The notes beneath the pieces were generated by a model. The model had not been told where the DNA came from, did not search any database, and saw nothing but the letters and a program-made list of their open reading frames with translations. From NCBI GenBank assembly GCA_043827025.1, contig JBDRPL010000005.1, forward strand, positions 35,569 to 99,568: a stretch of DNA of 64,000 nucleotides. The letters run 5' to 3'. Made by a program: the position numbers and the translations under genes. The first letter of the stretch is position 1, and every line of letters starts with the position of its first letter. This document shows, one piece after another, positions 26,662 to 37,233 of this stretch. Origin of the DNA: Candidatus Micrarchaeota archaeon (GTDB taxonomy: Archaea > Micrarchaeota > Micrarchaeia > Anstonellales > Bilamarchaeaceae).

Positions 26662-27813
26662 ATGAAAAGGAATGTCACAGTCAACTATTTTCCTAAACCT
26701 AATTTGGATATCGAATTCGTGGAACGAAAGGGCCTTGGTCATCCTGATTCTTTGACTGATGGAATAGTTGAGTTGATATCAAGGGAGCTTTGCAAGTATT
26801 ATCTTGATCATTTTGGAACAATACTTCACCACAATGTTGACAAGGCTCAGTTGATTGCAGGGAATGTGGTTCGCAAGAAATTCATCAAACCAATCAGGTT
26901 TGTTTTGGGAGGAAGGGCAACAGATTCCTTCAAGGGAAAGAAGATTCCTGTAAAAGAAATCGCAGAAAACTCTGTTGAGTTATATCTTTCTAAGATAGTG
27001 CCTCAACTGAAATCTAAAGACTATATTATTGATTGCTATATTGCTCCTGGTTCTGCAGACCTTAATGAGTTGTTTTTAAGAAAATCGAAGGTGCCACTGG
27101 CTAATGATACTTCTTTTGGGGTTGGCTATGCCCCCTATTCTGAGCTGGATGCTTTGGTCCTATCTGTTGAGAAATATTTAAATTCAGAGTATGCAGATAG
27201 ACATTCCTATATAGGGTCCGACATCAAAGTCATGGGATTCAGGGAAAACAACAGGATAGGTTTGACACTTTCAGTTGCTTTCATCTCAAAATTCGTTCCA
27301 TCCATTGACAGCTATTTAAAATACAAGGAAAAACTGGCTTCAGATGTTCTAAGGTATGCTGAAAAAACAATAAAAAAGAAGATCATGGTACAGATAAATA
27401 CTGCTGATGACCCTAAAAACAAGTCTGTTTATTTGACTTTATCCGGCACAAGTGCTGAAATGGGGGATGATGGAGAGGTTGGCAGAGGCAATCGGGTTAA
27501 TGGTTTAATTACACCTGGAAAGCCAATGAGTTTGGAGGCAGCTGCTGGTAAAAATCCAGTAACGCATGTTGGTAAGCTATATAACATACTGGCATTTGAA
27601 ACTGCCAAACAAATTTCAGAGGAATTGGATACCTATGCAGAAATCTATCTGCTTTCTTTTATCGGGACACCAATCAATGTTCCAAAAGCAGCATACCTAA
27701 AGATTTCAAGGAAAAATATAGAAAAGAAAGCCCAGTATATTCTCTCAAAGAATATCGAGGATATCCAGGATTTGACTTCAAAGCTAGTCTCTGGGAAATT
27801 AAGCATTTTCTAG
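26662..27813 (+). CDS. mat: S-adenosylmethionine synthetase, archaeal type
   Basis: 383 aa; N-terminal [41 protein letters not shown] matches the archaeal MAT signature region. Confidence 0.9.
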   Translation: MKRNVTVNYFPKPNLDIEFVERKGLGHPDSLTDGIVELISRELCKYYLDHFGTILHHNVDKAQLIAGNVVRKKFIKPIRFVLGGRATDSFKGKKIPVKEIAENSVELYLSKIVPQLKSKDYIIDCYIAPGSADLNELFLRKSKVPLANDTSFGVGYAPYSELDALVLSVEKYLNSEYADRHSYIGSDIKVMGFRENNRIGLTLSVAFISKFVPSIDSYLKYKEKLASDVLRYAEKTIKKKIMVQINTADDPKNKSVYLTLSGTSAEMGDDGEVGRGNRVNGLITPGKPMSLEAAAGKNPVTHVGKLYNILAFETAKQISEELDTYAEIYLLSFIGTPINVPKAAYLKISRKNIEKKAQYILSKNIEDIQDLTSKLVSGKLSIF

Positions 27814-27933
27814 CTTTCTAGAGGCGCGTTCGAGTTCGCATCTTAGCTAATACATTTGCTAAGATGTATGCATCCTAGCTAATCAATTGACTAAAATGCA
27901 TATATTTTTAAAGCAAATAGACTTAATATACTC

Positions 27934-29160
27934 ATGGACGTAAACCAAGAAATACTGGAGCTTAGTGCAAGGGCAAAGGAAGAGGGAAAAGAATATCCAA
28001 AAAAAAGGTTTTTCCATGACAAGATAATGAGTTATCTGCCAGAGCGAATTTTCATTGCTTTGGTTGGTCCGCGAGGCGTTGGAAAAACAGTAACACTAAA
28101 ACAAATATTGTCTGAGACTGAGGCCGCACTTTATGTCTCTCTTGATACAACAAAACCTGAAAACGGAATATATGATTTTGCAAAAGAAGCTGAAGGAAGA
28201 GGCATAAAATTGTTACTTCTTGATGAGGTGCACAATTATCCGGGTTTTGATCGAGAACTTAAAAAAATATACGATGTTCTGAAAATCAATGTGATATTTA
28301 CTTCTTCAGCAGCACTTGCACTTCATGAGTTAACCTATGACCTCTCACGGCGCGTAAGGGTATTGCCAGCACCACCATTTTCCTTCAGAGAATTTGTATT
28401 TTTTGAAAAAGGAGATAAACCGCCAGCACTATCCTTTGACAATTTATTGGATGAGAATTATGCCAAGGAATATTATGGGAAAGTTATGCATGTGGAATAT
28501 TTATTTGAAAGATATTTGGAAGGTAGAAATTATCCATTTACATTGGACAAAACTGATCGATTGCCATTATTTTACAATATCCTTGAAACAATAATAAACA
28601 AAGACTTACTTCTCACTGGCAAAGTAACACTCGAAGAGGCAATAGAAGTCCGACGACTTATGACCTTCATCGGAAATTCACCTGTTGAAGATATGAATTA
28701 CACGACAATTGCGAAGAATCTTGGAATAACAAGATACAAAACAGAAAAATATCTTGATCTTCTTGAAAAGGCATTCGTTCTGAAAAGAGTGATTCCTGCA
28801 GGCACTAACGTTCTCAAAGAACCTAAAATACTTTTGGGCCTACCATATCGTCTCCTTTACAAAAATTTTCGTGATTGTGTTGGTGCACTGAGAGAAGATT
28901 TCTTTACTGATTCTATGAGATACCTAGGTTTTGAATTACATTACCTAAAATCCAATAGAGGAGAAAAAATGCCAGATTATGCTGTTAAAGATGTTGTTAT
29001 TGAGATTGGAGGAACCTCGAAAGGTATTTCACAGTTCAAAGGTTTTTCAACAAAAAGAAAAATCGTGTTGACTCATCCAGGAACCATTGATAAAATACAC
29101 AGACCTTTATTTTTTGCTGGTTTGGTTGACTCGTATGAAGCGAACACTACTGTTTTTTAG
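27934..29160 (+). CDS. AAA+ ATPase of the archaeal-ATPase / DUF4143 family
   Basis: 408 aa; Walker A LVGPRGVGKTV, Walker B LLLLDEVH; C-terminal DUF4143-like region. Confidence 0.8.
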   Translation: MDVNQEILELSARAKEEGKEYPKKRFFHDKIMSYLPERIFIALVGPRGVGKTVTLKQILSETEAALYVSLDTTKPENGIYDFAKEAEGRGIKLLLLDEVHNYPGFDRELKKIYDVLKINVIFTSSAALALHELTYDLSRRVRVLPAPPFSFREFVFFEKGDKPPALSFDNLLDENYAKEYYGKVMHVEYLFERYLEGRNYPFTLDKTDRLPLFYNILETIINKDLLLTGKVTLEEAIEVRRLMTFIGNSPVEDMNYTTIAKNLGITRYKTEKYLDLLEKAFVLKRVIPAGTNVLKEPKILLGLPYRLLYKNFRDCVGALREDFFTDSMRYLGFELHYLKSNRGEKMPDYAVKDVVIEIGGTSKGISQFKGFSTKRKIVLTHPGTIDKIHRPLFFAGLVDSYEANTTVF

Positions 29161-29200
29161 TCCAGTCATATATTTTTCTAGTTTTTAGCCACATTCCAGA

Positions 29201-29722
29201 TCAAATTAAAATATTGCAGGTAACTGCAGGCAATCTCCAAGGAACTGTAACTTCTTCTGGCGCCCTACCCTGCCTGAGTATCCTAAAATGTAATTCCGGC
29301 TCTCTTCCCTCATGCATTTTTCTGGCAAATTGTGAGAAAATCTCGCTATTGCTTCTCCATGGGACTATGACTGTTCCTGAGACTGCGCTTTCTATGAGTC
29401 GCATTGCTACAGTCCCATCGATTCCAGTTTCAGAAAAAAGAAGCCTTCCTATATTCCATGGAAGATTTGGAAAAACAGTTCCTGATAAGGAGTAATAACC
29501 GCGTACTCCTTCAAAACCGCCTGCGCCATAATGCGGTGGATTTGAAAGTACGTGCATCCCTGCAATTTCAGGAGGGATGAAACCGCCTGCGCCACTTAAA
29601 AAAGTAGCAGATGCTTCATAGTCCATCGGCAAAGTATCTAGGGTTAACCCGCCAACGACAAAATCTCTGTGTTCAGCATAAGTTACCTTTGGTCCGCTAC
29701 GTAATAACAGTTCTTCATCCAT
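29201..29722 (-). CDS. hypothetical protein with an NPPH motif (possible methyltransferase remnant); GC-elevated segment
   Basis: 173 aa; VLSNPPHYGAGG resembles amino-methyltransferase motif IV but there is no clear SAM motif I; local GC well above the flanks. Confidence 0.35.
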   Translation of the reverse strand: MDEELLLRSGPKVTYAEHRDFVVGGLTLDTLPMDYEASATFLSGAGGFIPPEIAGMHVLSNPPHYGAGGFEGVRGYYSLSGTVFPNLPWNIGRLLFSETGIDGTVAMRLIESAVSGTVIVPWRSNSEIFSQFARKMHEGREPELHFRILRQGRAPEEVTVPWRLPAVTCNILI

Positions 29723-29902
29723 GTAAACACCACGTAAAATTGCTGCATCTATTTTGCGGGCTCAATTTTTTAAATGCTTTATGAATTTTCTCTGTTATTT
29801 GTCGAATATTTAGTTTTGACCAATAAAAAACAATTATAAACTTTCATCCTGATATATACTCGAATAGATATTCGAACTTATTATTTAGGTAGGGTTGAGA
29901 TT

Positions 29903-30820
29903 ATGTTGAACAACGCAGACTGGACAAACAAACAAATTGTAATATTGGCTTTTGACCACAGAGGAAGCTTCACAAAGAACCTTTTTGGGATTTCAGGAAG
30001 AGGGCCAACTGCTGAAGAATCAAAGAAGGTGTCAGATTACAAGACAGTCATTTACGAAGGATTCAAGAAAGCCCTGACAAACGGAGTTTCTAAAGATGTT
30101 GCTGGCATTTTAGTAGACGAACAATTTGGAAAAGAGATTGTGCATGATGCAAAGAAAAACGGCTTCAGATTCGCCATGCCGGTTGAAAAATCAGGGCAGG
30201 ATGAATTTGACTTCGAGTATGGCCAGGATTACCAAAAGCACATAAAGGAATTTGACCCTACGTTTTGCAAGATTCTTGTAAGATTGAATCCGGAAGGTGA
30301 TAGGGCAGTCAATGAAAGGCAGATGAAGCGCCTTAGGGAACTTGGTGAATTCCTAAAATCCATCAATAAACCTTATTTATTCGAACTTTTAGTTCCTGCA
30401 ACTCCAGAACAGTTGCAAAGCGTTGGAAATGACAAGAAGAAATATGATTTTGAATTACGCCCAAAGCTCATGGCATGGGCAGTTGCAATGGTCCAGGCAG
30501 CTGGAATTGAGCCAGATATTTGGAAACTAGAGGGTGTTGACAGGGCAGAAGATGCAAAACGAATTGTCGGGCAAGTCCAGTCTGCTGGTAGAACGGCAGG
30601 TGTTGTTACCTTAGGAAGAGGAGAAGATGCAGAAAAAGTCACAGAATGGCTTAAAATCGGAGCAAAAATCAACGGAGTCATTGGATTTGCCATTGGAAGG
30701 ACAATCTTTTGGGATGCGCTTGCAGGCCTAAGGGATGGCAAATATGACAGGCAGAAAGCAATTGAGATAATCGCTGATAATTACCAAAGATTCGTCAAAC
30801 TCTGGGTAGGGACCCGATGA
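29903..30820 (+). CDS. TIM-barrel aldolase-like protein (DUF2090 / class I aldolase-type)
   Basis: 305 aa; N-terminal ILAFDHRGSF is characteristic of DUF2090-type aldolase-like proteins; adjacent to the glpX-type FBPase. Confidence 0.5.
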   Translation: MLNNADWTNKQIVILAFDHRGSFTKNLFGISGRGPTAEESKKVSDYKTVIYEGFKKALTNGVSKDVAGILVDEQFGKEIVHDAKKNGFRFAMPVEKSGQDEFDFEYGQDYQKHIKEFDPTFCKILVRLNPEGDRAVNERQMKRLRELGEFLKSINKPYLFELLVPATPEQLQSVGNDKKKYDFELRPKLMAWAVAMVQAAGIEPDIWKLEGVDRAEDAKRIVGQVQSAGRTAGVVTLGRGEDAEKVTEWLKIGAKINGVIGFAIGRTIFWDALAGLRDGKYDRQKAIEIIADNYQRFVKLWVGTR

Positions 30821-30843
30821 ATTGAGTTCATAATGGTGAACAA

Positions 30844-31788
30844 ATGCAGGATACGATCATTCAAAACAAAGATTTTCAGAATCAACTGCTTCGAGTAACT
30901 GAAAAGGCAGCAATCGCATGTTATGAATGGATTGGCAAGAAGAATGCGAAGTCTGCAGATCAGGCAGCTGTTGATGCAATGAGAAAGGAATTCAATTTTG
31001 TTGATATTGATGGCACAGTTGTTATTGGTGAAGGAGAAAGAGATGAGGCTCCGATGCTTTATATCGGAGAAAAAGTAGGCAATGGCAAAGGCCCTGAATG
31101 TGATATAGCAGTTGATCCGTTGGAAGGAACGAATCTTTGCGCCAATAACCTGCCAAATGCAGTTGCAGTGCTTGCCCTTGCCCCAAAAGGCACGCTGTTG
31201 CATGCACCTGATACTTATATGGATAAGATAGCAGTTGGCCCTAAGATCGGCAATGCAGTCTCACTTAAACGATCTGTCAAAGAAAATCTTGAAATCGTAT
31301 CTCAAAAGCTTGGAAAACCAATGAAAGATGTTAGAGTGATAATGCTTGAACGCGATCGCCATAAACAACTGGCAAAAGAGGTTATTGATGCAGGCGCTCA
31401 GATAAAATATATCTCTGATGGAGATGTTTTCGGTGCAGTTGCAACTCTTTGGGGTAAAGTAGACATTTTGCTTGGAATAGGTGCAGCTCCTGAAGGAGTG
31501 CTTGCAGCATCTGCCCTCAAACCGCTTGGTGGTTATATGGAAGGAATGCTCAAATTCAGGAATGAAGATGAAAGAAAGAGGGCAATCGCTTATGGCATGA
31601 AAGAGCCTGATAAACTACTGACAATCAATGATCTTGTGAAAACCAATGAATCGCTTTTTATGGCGAGCGGAGTCACTGACGGAGACTACCTAAATGGCGT
31701 TAAAATTGAAGGAAAAATAGGAAAAATAAATTCTGTCGTAATAGATAAATACGGACACAGAATTATAGAAGAGAGGTTGGATATATAG
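30844..31788 (+). CDS. glpX: fructose-1,6-bisphosphatase class II (GlpX)
   Basis: 314 aa; near-identical motif block VVIGEGERDEAPMLYIGEKVG...DIAVDPLEGT and GIGAAPEGVLAA versus GlpX. Confidence 0.9.
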   Translation: MQDTIIQNKDFQNQLLRVTEKAAIACYEWIGKKNAKSADQAAVDAMRKEFNFVDIDGTVVIGEGERDEAPMLYIGEKVGNGKGPECDIAVDPLEGTNLCANNLPNAVAVLALAPKGTLLHAPDTYMDKIAVGPKIGNAVSLKRSVKENLEIVSQKLGKPMKDVRVIMLERDRHKQLAKEVIDAGAQIKYISDGDVFGAVATLWGKVDILLGIGAAPEGVLAASALKPLGGYMEGMLKFRNEDERKRAIAYGMKEPDKLLTINDLVKTNESLFMASGVTDGDYLNGVKIEGKIGKINSVVIDKYGHRIIEERLDI

Positions 31789-31794
31789 AAAGAA

Positions 31795-32010
31795 TTAGTT
31801 CATCTTTTTCATTTTTTGAGAGCATACTCTTATCAATTTAGTTACTCTCTTTCTAGACAATTCATCCAAATCCCTTCCATTTAATTTGGTCAACTGAATA
31901 GATATTTCCTGAACTGCTGCCGGGCTGATTGAGCTGGTAAAGCAGTCTTCGTAATACTGGATATCATCTTCCAGTTTTCTTCTTAACATTCCTGCAGTCA
32001 TTCTTCTCAT
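31795..32010 (-). CDS. hypothetical small protein
   Basis: 71 aa ORF, convergent with glpX; no family recognised. Confidence 0.3.
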   Translation of the reverse strand: MRRMTAGMLRRKLEDDIQYYEDCFTSSISPAAVQEISIQLTKLNGRDLDELSRKRVTKLIRVCSQKMKKMN

Positions 32011-32165
32011 ACAACAAAACCTCTCAATAAGTTTTACAAAAATTCAGAACAATTAACTTAAACAAATATGTTAGATGTTCAAAATAGATGTATTATATAT
32101 ACAACGGAACTCCTTTAAATACCTTTGGTTTGTAGTTATGAATGGGAATTCACAGCAAATTTGCA

Positions 32166-32414
32166 TTATTTTAGGTTTTTCCTTAGTAAATCCAGAGCTT
32201 CCTTTACAGTCTTATTCTTTAGTTTAACTGCTTCTTTCATATGCTCCCCGCAAAACCACACTTCGTTCGAAGGCTGGTCAGTGAGGCCTGCCCTTTCCAA
32301 TCTTTTACGCTGTTTTTTATCTTCTTTGGTTTCCTTGAAACAGACAGTATCATACTTCAAATCAGGAAAGTCTTGTATTCCCCTTCCACATATTGCGCAT
32401 ATTGGAGGTTCCAT
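32166..32414 (-). CDS. small zinc-finger protein (C-x2-C...C-x2-H)
   Basis: 82 aa; ICAICGRG...FCGEH; Lys-rich. Confidence 0.4.
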   Translation of the reverse strand: MEPPICAICGRGIQDFPDLKYDTVCFKETKEDKKQRKRLERAGLTDQPSNEVWFCGEHMKEAVKLKNKTVKEALDLLRKNLK

Positions 32415-32490
32415 GCTTCTAATTGGTGTTTAAGATTTAAATGTTTTGTGTGTGTTACATATTTAAATACTTTGAAACACTCTTTAATCT

Positions 32491-33312
32491 ATGATTGCCG
32501 TAAATAACAGACCATCCATAATCTTTCTGCGTTCCAAAAAGCAGTCTGATTCATCTGTTCATTTCAGGGACAGGCTTTCGTATCCCACATACACTGCAAT
32601 ACATCGAACCCCGGAGGAATTCGAATTTCTACGTGGCAGAATCTCTAGCATTCCTGATGCAAGGATACGTGTGCTTCAGGTTGGAATCGGAGAGGATCTT
32701 GTAGGAGAAACTCTTAGTTTGTTGGATATGCTGCATAGGACTGGCAAAGAGTATGAAATTACCTGTCTGGATCCAAATACAAGAGTTGTTTTTGGCCATG
32801 CATCGCAAAATGAATTCGAATTGCATGCCGATACTTTGTTATCCTGCGGGTTTGATGCAACGAATGCAAGAAGAATTCTCGGGGAAATGCAGATAGTCAG
32901 AGATGTACATGAAATATCTGAGGAACCATTAGATGACGGATTTCATCGTCTTCAAATGGCAACATTTCGTTTTAATATTTTACCAGGAGTCCTTGATAGG
33001 CTTGCATATGTCGTAGGGGATATTTCAGAAGATCGATTACCTGGGGATATGCAAGGATTTCATGCAATAGTTTGTTTTCATACGCTTTATCATTTAGAAC
33101 ACGATCCTCGATTAATAATTGAAGCAGTGAAAAACATGGCTTCTTATTTGCTTAAAGGAGGTTGTCTTGCAATAGATAGTGCCAGGTTTAATGTTTATGG
33201 CCTGCTTACGTCTGAATTGGTTCAAGAAATCGGGTTGAAGCTTGTTTATGATTCAAATGTACATGCAAGGCACCCCTTGAAAGAGAATCCAAGGATATAT
33301 GAACGAATTTAA
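32491..33312 (+). CDS. class I SAM-dependent methyltransferase-like protein
   Basis: 273 aa; motif-I-like VLQVGIGEDLVGET, acidic strand ITCLDPN, IVCFHTLYHLEHD, LLKGGCLAID; GC-elevated. Confidence 0.55.
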   Translation: MIAVNNRPSIIFLRSKKQSDSSVHFRDRLSYPTYTAIHRTPEEFEFLRGRISSIPDARIRVLQVGIGEDLVGETLSLLDMLHRTGKEYEITCLDPNTRVVFGHASQNEFELHADTLLSCGFDATNARRILGEMQIVRDVHEISEEPLDDGFHRLQMATFRFNILPGVLDRLAYVVGDISEDRLPGDMQGFHAIVCFHTLYHLEHDPRLIIEAVKNMASYLLKGGCLAIDSARFNVYGLLTSELVQEIGLKLVYDSNVHARHPLKENPRIYERI

Positions 33313-33391
33313 TCTATCTATCCTATGGTTATTTTCCACGTATTTCTATTTTATAAACCCTTTCTAACACAATCTACAAACATATGATTGG

Positions 33392-34645
33392 TTGATATTT
33401 ATGACACAAAGAGCTTTGGTTATGCAGGGAGGAGGACCGACGAGAGTAATTAATTCGACTCTTGTAGGGGTAGCAAGGCAGGCAAGAGTAAGGGAACTTG
33501 AATTAATTGGAGTAAGAAGGGGAATTGAAGGGATTTTGGGTGATCGACCGAACATCATCCATTTTTCAGACATCAATGATGGTAGATTAGATCTCATTTC
33601 CAGAACACCAGGCGCAGCATTAGGCACCACACGGGTAAAACCAACTCAAAAAGATTGTGAAAAAATAGTAGATCTTTTGATTGAAAATAATATCAAATAT
33701 TTATTCTATATTGGCGGAAATGATACTGCACTTGCAGTTCAATTGATGGATACGTATGCCAAATCAAAAGGTGCAGACATAGTATTTACTCATGTCATCA
33801 AAACTATTGATAATGATGTTCCAGTGAATGATCATACGCCGGGATATGGCAGCGCTGCTAGATATGTCGCTTCTGTGGTAAGGGGTGCAGCACTTGATAA
33901 TCTTGCATTGCCAGGAATATATCTTGCAGTTACTATGGGCAGAAATGCAGGTTTCCTTACCGCGGCTTCTGCACTTGCAAGAAGCAAAAATATACCTGAA
34001 CTTGGACCACACATTATTTGTTTGCCTGAAAAAGAATTTGTTGAATCTGACTTTTTATCTCAAATTCATCAGACCTATTCCCGACTTGGAAGAGCAGTCA
34101 TAGTTGTTTCTGAAGGAATATGGATTATGAAGGACGGTCAAAAAGTAGAGCTTACTAAATTATTGAAAGAAGGGTCAAAAAATGGCAATGGAAATGGGGA
34201 AGATGGGTTTTATCATCCGCAACTTTCAGGAAGCGGCGCCCTTGCAGACCATCTTTCTGCCAGAATAACTGCTGAACTCAATATAAGACGGGTTCGGGGA
34301 GATACACTTGGATATGCACAAAGAAGTTTTCTTGAAGGTTATTCAGAAGTTGATTGGAATGAAGCTCTTATGATTGGCGTTGATGCTGTGAATTACGCAG
34401 TTGATGGTCACGTATCAGGGTCTGTTGCTTTGCTAGCGAACAGAGGAGTAATATATCGATCCCACACAACAACCTGTGGGTTATCAGAGGTTGCTGACAA
34501 AGTACGGGTTCTTCCAGAAGAATTCATTGCAACAAATGGGCATGACATAACTCCTGCATTTATCGAATATCTTACTCCGTTGATAGGGATACCTCTTCTT
34601 GAAGTTGACACGTTTCTTCAGGTCGATCGTAAACGAAGGCTATAA
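33392..34645 (+). CDS. pfk: phosphofructokinase-family protein (PfkA / PPi-PFK-like)
   Basis: 417 aa; GGGPTRVIN, variant GGDGS motif (GGNDT), catalytic MGR motif TMGRNAGFL. Confidence 0.7.
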   Translation: MIFMTQRALVMQGGGPTRVINSTLVGVARQARVRELELIGVRRGIEGILGDRPNIIHFSDINDGRLDLISRTPGAALGTTRVKPTQKDCEKIVDLLIENNIKYLFYIGGNDTALAVQLMDTYAKSKGADIVFTHVIKTIDNDVPVNDHTPGYGSAARYVASVVRGAALDNLALPGIYLAVTMGRNAGFLTAASALARSKNIPELGPHIICLPEKEFVESDFLSQIHQTYSRLGRAVIVVSEGIWIMKDGQKVELTKLLKEGSKNGNGNGEDGFYHPQLSGSGALADHLSARITAELNIRRVRGDTLGYAQRSFLEGYSEVDWNEALMIGVDAVNYAVDGHVSGSVALLANRGVIYRSHTTTCGLSEVADKVRVLPEEFIATNGHDITPAFIEYLTPLIGIPLLEVDTFLQVDRKRRL

Positions 34646-34691
34646 TCAAGAGATGAAGAACAAATATAAACATTAAGTTAGTATTTCTTTT

Positions 34692-34982
34692 ATGGAAATG
34701 CCATCTTTTTCGGAATCTTCTCCGTTTGAAATGATAAAAAAAATAAAGGTACCTCATTGTGCACGTGGACCGGCCAGTTGTGAAAAATGCGAGGAAATAA
34801 ACAAGAAACCTGCAAAATATAGTCTTGTCAAAGTGGCTTCTGATCCAAATGTTTGTAGGCCAATGACTTACTTTGGAACAGGAAAAACTAGTGTTTTAAT
34901 GCCCTATGAGGTAGTGAAGGTTTTCTCTTCGGAAAAGGAAGCAAAGGAGTATGCAAAAAAGAACAAGATAGAAATTCAATGA
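34692..34982 (+). CDS. small CxxC protein, paralog A
   Basis: 96 aa; HCARGPASCEKC plus C-terminal EKEAKEYAKKNK; related to the next ORF. Confidence 0.45.
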   Translation: MEMPSFSESSPFEMIKKIKVPHCARGPASCEKCEEINKKPAKYSLVKVASDPNVCRPMTYFGTGKTSVLMPYEVVKVFSSEKEAKEYAKKNKIEIQ

Positions 34983-34994
34983 GGGGAATATGTT

Positions 34995-35267
34995 ATGACA
35001 ATCGTTCGAGATGGAGTGCTACAATGCAAGTTCTGCAAGGGATATTTTGTAGGTTCTGTGAGTTTCTTTGTTCATATTGGCCCTGACGGCAAATCAGATA
35101 TGAACACTATGGCGCCCAAGATCTGTCCTTATTGTAAAAAGGAGCTGAAGTATGCAGATTGGGGTGAAAATATAATGTATAATCCAACGCTTCAGCCAAG
35201 ATATAATAAAATGAGTGAGAAGGAAGCTTACAAGAAAGTGAAGGAATCGCAGGATAAGGCCAAATGA
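34995..35267 (+). CDS. small CxxC zinc-ribbon protein, paralog B
   Basis: 90 aa; CKFCKG...CPYCKK; C-terminal EKEAYKKVKESQDK similar to paralog A. Confidence 0.45.
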   Translation: MTIVRDGVLQCKFCKGYFVGSVSFFVHIGPDGKSDMNTMAPKICPYCKKELKYADWGENIMYNPTLQPRYNKMSEKEAYKKVKESQDKAK

Positions 35268-35396
35268 CTTATTTTCTTGTCTTTGAAAGAGAATGTTAGA
35301 ATTTCTAATATTATTTTAGTAGCATTGAATTAAACGTTATTACATACGTAAAAAAACGTAACATTTAATATATTAAACATACAATAAGCTGCAGAT

Positions 35397-35594
35397 ATGC
35401 AAAAGCTTCTTTCAAGACCTGAGAAAAATATTATTATATTGCAAGAACTGCCTTTACTTGGTGTAGATGTTGCCAAGAAATTAAGAACTGCTTTTGAACG
35501 TTCTGAAAACAAAGGGTATTTTGAAATTCACACTGTTCCAGAGCCTGGAAAGGCTAAAAGTGATGAAGTGTTTACAAGTAGCGTGCCAAAATAA
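35397..35594 (+). CDS. hypothetical small protein
   Basis: 65 aa ORF abutting the next ORF; no family. Confidence 0.3.
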   Translation: MQKLLSRPEKNIIILQELPLLGVDVAKKLRTAFERSENKGYFEIHTVPEPGKAKSDEVFTSSVPK

Positions 35595-36070
35595 TGATAA
35601 TACAAAATTATTTTCCTGATCAGATCCCTTTCTATTTTAGTGATTTTGAAATATATACTGACCATTCTCCTTTTATCCTAATAACTGGAGAACCAGATGC
35701 GCCAATTCCAATTCCTAGTAACTGGGAACAAGTACTTTCTAGTTTAGCTGAGTTAGGGCTTAGAAAAATACATTTGTTTGGTTATGAAGCTCAAACAGTG
35801 CCTTTTGAAATGTGGGAAATATTTTATTCTAGGCGCTTAGATAATCCCCATCATAAAAGGATCTATGAAACAATGCACAAATTGTTTTTAGAAAAGCCTG
35901 AAGTCAAAGAAGAACCTGTTTTGATGATAGGTTGTGTTCTTGGTGCATATATTGAATTATTGGCAGCAAGAAAACAGTTTGGTTGTGATATTGTTCTTGA
36001 GCATGAGCTATTGAATCCAGGTTTTGATGAACAGAATGTTGCGATATGGGCCCAAATCCTAGCAAAATAA
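35594..36070 (+). CDS. hypothetical protein
   Basis: 158 aa ORF; no recognisable motif. Confidence 0.4.
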   Translation: MIIQNYFPDQIPFYFSDFEIYTDHSPFILITGEPDAPIPIPSNWEQVLSSLAELGLRKIHLFGYEAQTVPFEMWEIFYSRRLDNPHHKRIYETMHKLFLEKPEVKEEPVLMIGCVLGAYIELLAARKQFGCDIVLEHELLNPGFDEQNVAIWAQILAK

Positions 36071-36480
36071 CAATATATTGGAATTTCTAGAAGTTTATTG
36101 GAAAGAGATAATTTACCTATGTCCCCAATCGGTTTCACGTTGGTAATGGTATTGTTCTAAGTTTTAGCAATGCAAAAGCCTACCTAATTGATACGGAAAT
36201 ACTAAAGAATATTACACTGATTGACACAGTATTTCATCGCATTTCCAGAACAATTAATGCAGAAAAGATCGCGTCATTCTAACAGTAAACTACTTTCATT
36301 ATCAAGTACTGTTAGTGTAAACCAGACTTTATTGCACACAGCACAATTTTGTAGATCGGTTTACTAACACAGTATGAAGTGGCAAAACTGGAAAAGGTAA
36401 TCCTGGTTAAACGGATGAAAGGGTTGAAAAGAAGTGTTTTGAAGGAATTTTGGCATAACTGGCGTACTGCTACGGTGTTT
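36071..36480. repeat. 410-nt non-coding stretch with nested inverted repeats (ctaacagta...tactgttag; tgttagtgtaaacc...ggtttactaacaca)
   Basis: Read directly: 9-bp perfect inverted repeat at about 36283-36320, and a 14-15-nt imperfect inverted repeat around gtaaacc/ggtttac at about 36315-36375. This is the boundary of the GC-elevated island. Confidence 0.35.
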
Positions 36481-36483
36481 ATT

Positions 36484-37179
36484 TTATGGGGGTTTACTGA
36501 GGTGGTGTTTTTCAAAAGTTGGACAAAGGTTATCAAAAAGTTCAAACTCAAATCCTCGAATAATAGACACAAGTTTTGAATCAACTGAAAATCCAAGGAG
36601 TTCATAGTCATTTGTATCCCATCGGACATATACCTGATCATTTCTTTTAGAAGTCTTATGTTCGTACCTAGTACGTAAATTATTTACCTCTTTTATCCAA
36701 AGAGAATATTCTTTCAGTAGCCATTCACACAATTCGTGATCTCTTTTAATGATTAGATAATCTTCTTTAATTAAATCCATGTACTCTTTTCCACAATTCC
36801 CACATAAATTCCTTATTTTTGTAGAAACTTGCGTATTCAAAGAATTAAAGAATGAAGTCAGTTCAAAAGTTTGTAATGTTTTAGTTGTAGCTCCGTTCTG
36901 CTGAAGAATTATACGACATGTACAGTTTACAAGTCTTTTTGCACTAGTAATAAATGAGTCGCATTCAAAATCTAAAGGTGCAAGTTTAACCTTTGGCATT
37001 TTGCCTTTTAGAAGTGGATCTATTGATTCAAAAATTTCAGTACTTGTATAATATTTTCTCATATTGGAGAAATGATATCCACATTTTTCTTTTAAATAAA
37101 AATATTCAGAAATAAGGTCTTCTTTTTGTCCTACTTCATTCTCAAGTTTCTTCATTTTCATCCCATTTCCTTTCCTCAT
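36484..37179 (-). CDS. Cys-rich hypothetical protein
   Basis: 231 aa; C-x-C and C-x2-C clusters (NCTCRI, NLCGNCGKEY); no family recognised. Confidence 0.45.
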   Translation of the reverse strand: MRKGNGMKMKKLENEVGQKEDLISEYFYLKEKCGYHFSNMRKYYTSTEIFESIDPLLKGKMPKVKLAPLDFECDSFITSAKRLVNCTCRIILQQNGATTKTLQTFELTSFFNSLNTQVSTKIRNLCGNCGKEYMDLIKEDYLIIKRDHELCEWLLKEYSLWIKEVNNLRTRYEHKTSKRNDQVYVRWDTNDYELLGFSVDSKLVSIIRGFEFELFDNLCPTFEKHHLSKPP

Positions 37180-37233
37180 CCCATCTATTTATTCCTTTCT
37201 TTCCTAAATGTTATTAGTTTTTCTAAGTATGTC

